NCBI GenBank assembly: GCA_963717505.1
Contig: OY970342.1
Span: 1,440,001 to 1,504,000 of the forward strand
Reading direction: 5' to 3'
Origin: Candidatus Eiseniibacteriota bacterium
GTDB taxonomy: Bacteria; Eisenbacteria; RBG-16-71-46
DNA: 64,000 nucleotides
The position numbers and the translations under genes are program-made. The notes under the pieces were generated by a model. It made no database searches. It saw only the letters and a list, made by a program, of their open reading frames with translations, and was not told the origin of the DNA. Shown one piece after another: positions 56,814-64,000 of the stretch (position 1 is its first letter; every line of letters starts with the position of its first letter).

Positions 56814-58000
56814 CCCGGTGGTTCGCCGTCGTGGCCTGGCTCGCGCTGCCCGCCGTGGCCTCGGCGCAACCCGATACGCTCGAGTTTCGCGACGCGGCGC
56901 GGCTGGCGCAGCCCGAGTCGACGTTTCTCCAGGATGCCCGGGTCCCAGCGGATTCGTTCTTCTTTCGCGATCCTGGTCCGCCGCCAGGAAGTCGCGCGCT
57001 CAGTTCGGTGCGCTACATGGCGCCACCCGACGCTCCCTACCGCGCCGAGGAAGTGCGCGTGCGCACTGCCGAGAGCGTGTTCCTCGGAGGCACGTTCACC
57101 GTCCCGCGTCTGACGCCGGTGCGTGTCGGGCGCCGCTCGGTGGTGCCGCGCTCGCCGGCGGTGGTGCTGATCTCGGGCGCCGGCGCCGACGATCGCGATC
57201 ATTCGGCGGCTGGCGGCGTCTACCGGCCCTTCCACGACCTCGCCGACACGCTGTCGCGCCGCGGGATGGGAGTGCTGCGTCTCGACGATCGCGGCATCGG
57301 CGCATCGAGCGGCCGACTCGACACCGCAACCACGCTCGACCGGGCCAACGACGCGCGCGCGGCACTTGCGTACTTGCGCCGCCGCGCCGACGTCGACCCC
57401 AAGCGCATCGCGTTGCTGGGATTCGGCGAGGGCGCGGTGATCGCCTCGATCGTGGCGGGCGAAGACTCGCTGGTGACCGGCGTTGTGCTGATCGGGTGCC
57501 CCGCGGTTTCGGGCAAGGACCTGGCCCTGGTCCGTGTGCAGGGCTGGGTCGAGCAACGCGATGGTTACGATCGGGCGGAGCGCGACTCGATCGTTGCCGA
57601 CATCATGCGCGATTGGCAGGCGAAGCTCGCGACCGATCCGTGGACGCGTTTCTACCTTGGCTATGATCCACGGCCGGCGGTGCGGCGCGTTCGCCAGCCG
57701 GTGTTGCTGGTTCAGGATCGATCGGACGATGTCGTTCCGCCGGCGCACGCGGACACGCTGGCGAAGGTGCTGGGCGCCGCCGGCAATCGCCAGGTGACCC
57801 TGCGCCCCTACCCGGACCTGGGTCCGGGGTTCGTCCACGGCACGCCCGAGCTTCCGGGCGAGGTCACGGGGTCGACGGCGCGAAGCGCGCAGGTCGTTGC
57901 CACGAATGGGGATGATCCACCGGTGAAGCCGATACCGCTGTCGCGGGACGTGAGCGGCGTCATCGCGAATTGGCTCGCCGCGCGCCTGCGACTGCCCTAG
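56810..58000 (+). CDS. Exported alpha/beta-fold hydrolase homologue lacking the catalytic serine
   Basis: LISGAG..DRD, VLRLDDRG.G.S.G, VDPKRIALLGFGEG (Gly at the Ser position of GxSxG), YDP, QPVLLVQ. Confidence 0.8.
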   Translation: MTRWFAVVAWLALPAVASAQPDTLEFRDAARLAQPESTFLQDARVPADSFFFRDPGPPPGSRALSSVRYMAPPDAPYRAEEVRVRTAESVFLGGTFTVPRLTPVRVGRRSVVPRSPAVVLISGAGADDRDHSAAGGVYRPFHDLADTLSRRGMGVLRLDDRGIGASSGRLDTATTLDRANDARAALAYLRRRADVDPKRIALLGFGEGAVIASIVAGEDSLVTGVVLIGCPAVSGKDLALVRVQGWVEQRDGYDRAERDSIVADIMRDWQAKLATDPWTRFYLGYDPRPAVRRVRQPVLLVQDRSDDVVPPAHADTLAKVLGAAGNRQVTLRPYPDLGPGFVHGTPELPGEVTGSTARSAQVVATNGDDPPVKPIPLSRDVSGVIANWLAARLRLP

Positions 58001-58010
58001 AATTTCGGCG

Positions 58011-58793
58011 GTGAAGAAGCTGATTGCCATAGGCCTCGCGTGTCTAGCGTTCGCCTGCGCGCGACCGTCCGCTGCCCAGTGGCCAATCCCTGCCGAACTG
58101 GGTGCGGGGAGTCAGTTCGAGTACGGCTGCTACGATCCTTGCGCGTGCCCGATCTTGATCCGCGGTCCGGTCGAAGGGACGATGAGTCTCTTGATCGACG
58201 ATGTGATCGACCCCAAGAACCCGTTCGTGAACTATTGGGTCGACGACGTGAGATGGCGCGTGCCCGACATCGGGCCCGGCATCGTGGTTTTCGGAGCGGG
58301 GTTCTACCGCCGGCACCTGGTAACACACGAGCATCAGCTCGTGCTGGATTTGTCTTTTGGCAACGGCCCGGATCAGCACTTCGACAGCGGGTTGGTTCCG
58401 GGTTCGGGAGCCGAAGACGTCATTAACATAGATATCTCGCTGCACGGCGAATTTTGTTTCGACTCAGTTTTTAGAGTGCGCGCGAGGCTCCGGACTACGG
58501 GTGTTCCCGGTGGGGGCGTGCCGATTTCGGCACGTGCATTCCCGAATCCGTTCGGAGTCACGACCGAGATCGCATTTTCGACCGGTGCTGAAGGACCGGT
58601 CGACGTGCGGGTCTTCGACCTGGCCGGGCGGCAGTTGGCGGTGCTCGCGAGTGGCCGGCGCGCCGCGGGTCCGGTGGCATTGCGCTGGGACGGCCGCGAC
58701 GCCGGCGGACGGCCGGTGGCGGCCGGGGTCTATCTGGCGCGCGTCCTTGCAGAAGGGCGGAGCGCCCTGGTTCGCCTCGCGCGAGTTCCCTGA
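58011..58793 (+). CDS. Secreted protein with GCxxPCxCP motif and FlgD-Ig C-terminal domain
   Basis: Signal peptide; GCYDPCACP; FPNPF...FDLAGR...WDGRD..G..VAAGVYLAR. Confidence 0.8.
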   Translation: MKKLIAIGLACLAFACARPSAAQWPIPAELGAGSQFEYGCYDPCACPILIRGPVEGTMSLLIDDVIDPKNPFVNYWVDDVRWRVPDIGPGIVVFGAGFYRRHLVTHEHQLVLDLSFGNGPDQHFDSGLVPGSGAEDVINIDISLHGEFCFDSVFRVRARLRTTGVPGGGVPISARAFPNPFGVTTEIAFSTGAEGPVDVRVFDLAGRQLAVLASGRRAAGPVALRWDGRDAGGRPVAAGVYLARVLAEGRSALVRLARVP

Positions 58794-58800
58794 GGGACTG

Positions 58801-59316
58801 TCAGCGGCACGGCTTCCGACGCTGCACCGTCCACGCAGGCGGCTGCCCTCGCTCATAACTGAGGGTCACCGTGAAGCCCTCGGCATCCGTGTCATCGCGT
58901 CCCTGGGCTTTGGCGATGAAGCCAGTCACGGACGCGCCGCTGACGGAGAAGTCCCATCGGTGAAGAAGATCGCCTAGGTGGACCCCGAGCGTGACGCGAA
59001 AGTCTGCGGTATCGGGCACATCCGTGAAGGTCGCCCATTCTTGGAAGTAGATCTGCTCGCCGGAGAGCACCGCGCCCAGCCCTTCCTTGGCTTCTGCGAT
59101 GACCGCGCGGGGTAGTAGGTGCCGGTGCCCGCGGCCGCGCATCGTCTCAAGCGCCCGTTGATCACGCGCGCCGAGGTTCGGAGCGGCGGTCGTGAGATTG
59201 TCGGGCGGAGCTACGGCAGTGGGCAGTCGACCTTTGCGACTGCAGCCGACCGTGACGAGCGGCAACAGCACCACGATGCATAGGGCACGAATGCACGGGC
59301 GTACAGACACCGACAA
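58801..59316 (-). CDS. Hypothetical lipoprotein
   Basis: Lipobox VTVGC after a hydrophobic stretch; no other motif recognised. Confidence 0.55.
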   Translation of the reverse strand: MSVSVRPCIRALCIVVLLPLVTVGCSRKGRLPTAVAPPDNLTTAAPNLGARDQRALETMRGRGHRHLLPRAVIAEAKEGLGAVLSGEQIYFQEWATFTDVPDTADFRVTLGVHLGDLLHRWDFSVSGASVTGFIAKAQGRDDTDAEGFTVTLSYERGQPPAWTVQRRKPCR

Positions 59317-59479
59317 GACTCCTTGCCTGGAATCGCTCTCGCCCAGTGGCGAGGGCGACTGGATAATCTCACCGAAGCGGTGGACGCTGCCATACCCAGC
59401 TACTCAAGCACCTGAGCAATCCGCTATGATCCCCGCTCCTTCGGGCGTCCCGAGCGCCCCGGTTCCACCGTAGAACGCA

Positions 59480-61951
59480 ATGCGCGCGGTCTGCAGGGAA
59501 GCACCCATGCACGCAGCTCCGACTCGTTTTCTCGATCGCGCCGCCCTGCCTGCCGAGCCCACGGCGCGGCGCCCCGAGTCCGCGACTCTGTCGTACCCGA
59601 TTCCCGACGCGGCGTTCGCCGACTCGCCGCTGACGCGTTGGCTCGCCGAGTTCTCCGGACGCAACGACAATCGCGGCGCGATCGCGCATTGGGAAGTGTT
59701 GCCCGAGCGTCCGGCCCGCTACGCCGAGTTGGAGCGGCCGCTCGCGCCACCGCTCGCGGCAGCGCTGGCCGCCTTGAGAATCGAAAGCCTGTATACGCAT
59801 CAGGCGCAGGCGATCGAGTCGCTGCGCGCGGGCCGCGACACGGTGATCGTCACCGGCACAGCGAGCGGCAAGAGCCTCGCCTACCACGTGCCGGTACTCG
59901 AATCGATCCTGGCCGATCCGTCGGCGACTGCTTTGTACTTGTTTCCAACGAAGGCCCTTGCACAGGATCAGCTCAAGGGCCTGACCCGTCTCGCCAGCGG
60001 ACATCCCGACCTGCTGCGCGCCATGGTCGCCGGGGTCTACGACGGCGACACGCAGGCCTCGACTCGTCGCAAACTGCGCGACACCGCGAACGTGATTCTT
60101 TCGAACCCCGACATGCTGCATCAGGGGATTTTGCCCAGCCACGCACGTTGGGGACGGTTCTTCAGAAATTTGAAATACGTCGTCGTAGATGAAATGCACG
60201 CGTACCGCGGCATTTTTGGCTCGCACGTCGCGAATGTTCTCAGGCGGCTCGAACGTGTGACTCATCATGTCGGAAATCAATTCAAGTACGTGCTTTGTAG
60301 CGCCACCATTCGCAATCCCGGCGAGCTGGCCGCGGGCCTCACGGGGCGTGATGTCCGCGTGGTCGACGACGATGGCGCCCCGCGCGGCCGGCGTCACTTC
60401 GTGTTCTGGAATCCGCCGCACGTCGATGCCACGCGCGTCGAGCGGCGATCGTCGAATGGCGAAGGCTGTGGACTTTTTTCGGGACTGGTCGCCGCCGGTG
60501 GCCAGGCGCTGGCCTTCACCAAATCGCGGGTGGCGGCCGAATTGGTCTATCGCTACTCGAAAGAGCGGCTGGAGCATCAGGCGCCGCCGCTCGCCGAGCG
60601 AATCAAGCCCTATCGGGGTGGCTACCTGCCCGAAGAGCGCCGCGCGATCGAGCAGGCTTTGTTTGCCGGGGAACTGCGGGGCGTCGTCAGCACGAACGCG
60701 CTCGAGCTTGGAGTCGACATCGGTGGCCTCGACGCGGTGGTCATCATCGGTGCCCCCTCGACGCTGGCGAGCGCGTGGCAGCAGGCGGGTCGCGCCGGGC
60801 GCCAGGGCGAGCCGTCGCTGGCGATCCTGGTCGCCTACAACGAAACCGTGGACCAGTACCTGATGCGGCATCCCGAGTATTTCTTCGGCCGCTCGCCCGA
60901 GGCCGCGGTGGTCGATCCGGCGAATCCTTACATCCTGGCGTCGCAGCTGGCCTGTGCCGCGGGCGAGCTGCCACTCGGCCCCGACGACGTCGCGCGCTTC
61001 GGGCCCCAGACGGCGGCGATTCTCGCTGCACTCGAAGAGTCAGGAGAAACCAAGACCTTCGATGGGCGCACCTATTGGGCCAAGCCGGATGCGCCCGCAC
61101 CCCGCGTCAACCTGCGCACCATCTCCGACGACACCTATACGATCGTCGACGTGACGCGCGCCAACGCGGTGATCGGCAACGTCGACGCCATTAGTGGCCT
61201 CGAGCTGGTCTATCCCGAGGCCATCTACCTGCACGAGGGCCGAACCTGCTTCGTGCGAGAACTAGATTTGAAACAAAAAGTTGCGTATGTCGAGCCGCGC
61301 GAAGTGGACTACTACACGCAGCCGGTGATGGACTCGAACATTCGCGTGCGCGGCGAGCTGGAGCGACGCGAGTGGCGTGGCGAATCGGCGCGCTACGGCG
61401 AAGTAACGTATTCGTGGCAGACAGTTGCCATGAAGAAAATCAGATTTCACTCGATCGATGCGATCGGCTACCACCCTTTGGACCTGCCGCGTTTGACGCT
61501 GGACACCAGCGGGTTCTGGATCGCCCCTGGCGAAGAGGCTTGGCGCGCCGTCGCCAAGCAGGGTCTGAATCCGATGGAAGGTCTGTCGGGGGTTCGGAAT
61601 CTATTTCTGACATTGCTCTCGATGCTCAGCATGTGCGATCCCGCCGACCTGGGCGGCATGATCGACTCGTCGAACCTGGGACGGCCGACGTTGTTCGTGT
61701 TCGACCGCTACCCCGGCGGGCTCGGATTCGCCGAGCAGGGCTGGGCGCGGCTGGACGAGCTGGCGACCTCGGCCCTGGATCATCTGGAAGCATGCGGTTG
61801 CGCCGACGGTTGTCCGTCGTGCGTCGGCATGCCGATGCTGCACCCGGCGCAACAGCAGGACCCCGACTTGGGCCACGGCCGGCCGATCCCGGGTAAGGCC
61901 GCGGCGCGAGCGCTGCTGCGCTGGTGGATCGGCACCGCGGCGGCGGTATGA
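59480..61951 (+). CDS. DEAD/DEAH-box helicase with DUF1998 (MrfA/SftH/Hrq1 family)
   Basis: LYTHQ, TGTASGKS, PTKALAQDQ, DEMH, SAT, ALELGVDIG, QQAGRAGR, FD..PGG.G, C...CGC.DGCPSC. Confidence 0.93.
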   Translation: MRAVCREAPMHAAPTRFLDRAALPAEPTARRPESATLSYPIPDAAFADSPLTRWLAEFSGRNDNRGAIAHWEVLPERPARYAELERPLAPPLAAALAALRIESLYTHQAQAIESLRAGRDTVIVTGTASGKSLAYHVPVLESILADPSATALYLFPTKALAQDQLKGLTRLASGHPDLLRAMVAGVYDGDTQASTRRKLRDTANVILSNPDMLHQGILPSHARWGRFFRNLKYVVVDEMHAYRGIFGSHVANVLRRLERVTHHVGNQFKYVLCSATIRNPGELAAGLTGRDVRVVDDDGAPRGRRHFVFWNPPHVDATRVERRSSNGEGCGLFSGLVAAGGQALAFTKSRVAAELVYRYSKERLEHQAPPLAERIKPYRGGYLPEERRAIEQALFAGELRGVVSTNALELGVDIGGLDAVVIIGAPSTLASAWQQAGRAGRQGEPSLAILVAYNETVDQYLMRHPEYFFGRSPEAAVVDPANPYILASQLACAAGELPLGPDDVARFGPQTAAILAALEESGETKTFDGRTYWAKPDAPAPRVNLRTISDDTYTIVDVTRANAVIGNVDAISGLELVYPEAIYLHEGRTCFVRELDLKQKVAYVEPREVDYYTQPVMDSNIRVRGELERREWRGESARYGEVTYSWQTVAMKKIRFHSIDAIGYHPLDLPRLTLDTSGFWIAPGEEAWRAVAKQGLNPMEGLSGVRNLFLTLLSMLSMCDPADLGGMIDSSNLGRPTLFVFDRYPGGLGFAEQGWARLDELATSALDHLEACGCADGCPSCVGMPMLHPAQQQDPDLGHGRPIPGKAAARALLRWWIGTAAAV

Positions 61952-61997
61952 CGCGAATTCACGGACGCACGGCTTTGAAATCTCGAGAGGGCACCGC

Positions 61998-62753
61998 ATG
62001 ACTCCCGACCAGGAATGGCCGGTCACGTTCTTCGACGACGACTACCTTCGCATCTATCGCACCAGCTTCACACCCGAGAAGACCGCGGCCGAAATCGAGT
62101 TCATCGTCTCGACGCTGGGGCTCTCGCCGGGCGCGTCGGTGCTCGACCTGGCGTGCGGGCTCGGTCGCCACGCGATCGGGATGGCCCTGCGCGGCTTCAA
62201 GGTGACCGGTGTCGACTTCAACCCCCGCTATCTCGAGATGGCGGCCGAACAGGCGCGCGCCGCCGGGGCCACGGTTCGTTGGGTTCACGCCGACATGCGC
62301 AAGCTGCCGTTCTCCGGCGAGTTCGAGGGCGCCTACTCGTTCTTCACCTCGTTCGGCTACTTCAGCGACGCCGAGAACGAGGGCGTGCTCGAGCAGATCG
62401 CGCGCAGCCTGCGCCCGCCCGGGGTCTTGCTGCTCGACCTGGCGCATCGCGACTGGATCCTGACCCACCCGCGGCAACGCTCGTGGGATCAGCGCGAAGA
62501 CGGCTCTCTGGTCATGGAGGAAATATCGTTCGACCTGCGCAGCTCGCGCGTGACTTCGCGGATGACCATGATCGCCGAGTCCGGACCACGCGTCATGAAG
62601 GAATTCAACCTCCGCACCTACACATGCGCCGAGCTGGATGCGATGCTCGGTCGTCACGGCTTCACCGTACGTTCGGTCTGGGGCGGCGCGGACCGCAGCG
62701 AGTACAGCACCGAGAGCCGGCGACTGGTGATGCTCGCCGATCGAAAGGGCTAG
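61998..62753 (+). CDS. Class I SAM-dependent methyltransferase
   Basis: VLDLACGLGRH, VTGVD, ADMR.L, FTSFGYF, L.PPG.LLLD. Confidence 0.92.
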   Translation: MTPDQEWPVTFFDDDYLRIYRTSFTPEKTAAEIEFIVSTLGLSPGASVLDLACGLGRHAIGMALRGFKVTGVDFNPRYLEMAAEQARAAGATVRWVHADMRKLPFSGEFEGAYSFFTSFGYFSDAENEGVLEQIARSLRPPGVLLLDLAHRDWILTHPRQRSWDQREDGSLVMEEISFDLRSSRVTSRMTMIAESGPRVMKEFNLRTYTCAELDAMLGRHGFTVRSVWGGADRSEYSTESRRLVMLADRKG

Positions 62754-62757
62754 CAGC

Positions 62758-63639
62758 GTGTTCGGCTCCGAAGGATTGCGGGCGCGTCTGGCGGAGCTGG
62801 TCCGTGACCGCCGGGTGGATCCCTTGCTACCCAGCTTGCCATCGATCGCCGCCACCAGCATCGCGACCGGCATTGAGGAGTACCTGCCGGGAGGCGAGTG
62901 GCGCGATGCCGGCGGTGCCGTCTACGTGCACGAACGCCTGCGCTCCGACGTCGAGCAACGCGAAAGCCACTGGGGAACGCTCGGGTCTCCACCGGAGGAC
63001 GAAGAGGACCTGTGCGATCTCGCGGGCCGTGGTCTCGAGCACGCCCTGTTCCTGGATCTCGAAACCGGCGGACTGGCTTCGAGTCCGGTGTTTCTCGCGG
63101 GGACCATGCACTGGAACGGCACCGACTTCGTGTTGCGCCAGTATTTCGCGCGCCACTACGGCGAGGAAGGCGCGCTGCTGCGGGCCCTCGCCGAGCAGAT
63201 GCGCGACTTCGACACGCTGGTCACGTTCAACGGCAAATCCTACGACGTGCCGTTCATGAATGCGCGAGCCGTCGTTCACGGTGCGCAATCTGCGGTCCCC
63301 GAGCGCCACGTCGATCTGCTACATCCGGCGCGCCGGCGTTGGAAGGAGCTGCTGCCCAATTGCCGGCTCCAGACGCTCGAGTTCCACGTCTGCCGCCGGC
63401 GACGCTTTGGCGACGTGCCGGGCGACGAAGTGCCGGCCCTCTACCACGACTACATCCGGCGCGGCGACCCCTACCGGCTGGTGCCGGTGTTCCACCACAA
63501 CCTGCTCGACGTCATCACGATGGCCGAGGTCCTGCGCACTCTGTGCACGCCGCGGCCGGAGGAGCCGGATCGCCAGACTAAAGAACCATCGATCTGGGCC
63601 GATCCTTCGGGCATTGACCCGGCGGGGGCGGGGTTCTAG
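62758..63639 (+). CDS. RNase H-like DEDDh exonuclease (YprB/MrfB family)
   Basis: FLDLETGGL, VTFNGKSYDVPF, HVDLLH.ARR.WK, L.TLE, HHNLLDV. Confidence 0.88.
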   Translation: MFGSEGLRARLAELVRDRRVDPLLPSLPSIAATSIATGIEEYLPGGEWRDAGGAVYVHERLRSDVEQRESHWGTLGSPPEDEEDLCDLAGRGLEHALFLDLETGGLASSPVFLAGTMHWNGTDFVLRQYFARHYGEEGALLRALAEQMRDFDTLVTFNGKSYDVPFMNARAVVHGAQSAVPERHVDLLHPARRRWKELLPNCRLQTLEFHVCRRRRFGDVPGDEVPALYHDYIRRGDPYRLVPVFHHNLLDVITMAEVLRTLCTPRPEEPDRQTKEPSIWADPSGIDPAGAGF

Positions 63640-63736
63640 ACTCTGCCCCGGTCGCAGGTTCTCTCAAGTGGTTTATCGAGATTTTCCAGTGATTCTGGTT
63701 GCGTTTCGCCCCCGTCCGATTTTGGTTCCCCGAGTG

Positions 63737-63771
63737 GCCCCGGTGTGCCCATGCACGCCGGGGCTGCTTTG
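63737..63771 (+). terminator. GC-rich hairpin with weak T-tract in the intergenic region/leader of the zinc-ribbon gene
   Basis: GCCCCGGTGTGC-CCAT-GCACGCCGGGGC (12-bp stem, one G:U) followed by TGCTTTG. Confidence 0.4.
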
Positions 63772-63821
63772 TTCTGGTCGCCGGGAAGTCGCAGCCGGTC
63801 CGATGAGGAGGTCGTAGGGCC

Positions 63822-64000
63822 ATGAGTGAAGATCGCCATCTGAAGTGCTCGGACTGCGGTGCAGACTTCGTGTTCACAGCCGGCGAGCAGGACTTCTATC
63901 GCGAGAAAGGCCTGACCTCGGCGCCCACGCGCTGCCGCGATTGCCGCGAGAAGCGCAAGGCGAGTCGGGGCGATCGCGGCGGCGGTGGTGGCGGTGGCGG
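63822..64000 (+). CDS. Zinc-ribbon domain protein (zf-trcl / CxxC-x17-CxxC family), 3'-truncated by window
   Basis: My translation: MSEDRHLKCSDCGADFVFTAGEQDFYREKGLTSAPTRCRDCREKRK followed by a Gly-rich linker; not in the ORF track because no stop is reached. Confidence 0.88.
   Translation, partial: MSEDRHLKCSDCGADFVFTAGEQDFYREKGLTSAPTRCRDCREKRKASRGDRGGGGGGG

Noticed and set aside
59480-63639. DISARM/Druantia-type defence system
   Set aside because: No DrmA/DrmD/PLD partners or DNA-methyltransferase motifs; single-chain helicase plus YprB matches the MrfAB arrangement.
63975-64000. GGC/GGT microsatellite-like run
   Set aside because: Encodes the poly-Gly linker of the zinc-ribbon protein.

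Overview
High-GC bacterial window with about 53 densely packed CDSs and no rRNA, tRNA or CRISPR array that I can see. The many secreted proteins ending in FlgD-Ig/T9SS-like C-terminal domains, plus one ending in an 'SWGxLKxxYR' tail, suggest an FCB-related lineage such as Ca. Eisenbacteria (inference only). In order, the window holds: the tail of a degenerate integron cassette array (two complete attC sites, a probable third partial site, and a DUF4160/DUF2442 toxin-antitoxin cassette); a hybrid kinase-receiver-PP2C signalling operon; four dispersed futalosine-pathway menaquinone genes (mqnE, mqnA, mqnC, mqnD) interleaved with large secreted proteins; argJ; peptidases; a MarR-dioxygenase-esterase-MATE detoxification cluster; tandem outer-membrane barrel paralogues; hflX, trxA and nnr; an uncharacterised coupled envelope operon (50.9-58.8 kb) with a pair of ECxxCP paralogues and an apparently dead alpha/beta hydrolase; and a DUF1998 helicase-methyltransferase-DEDDh exonuclease (MrfA/MrfB-like) operon. 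Two core genes carry +1 frameshifts at or near G-runs, probably sequencing errors. TAG is unusually frequent as a stop codon, and three genes appear to use CTG or ATC starts. All family calls come from motif recognition by eye, not from database searches.
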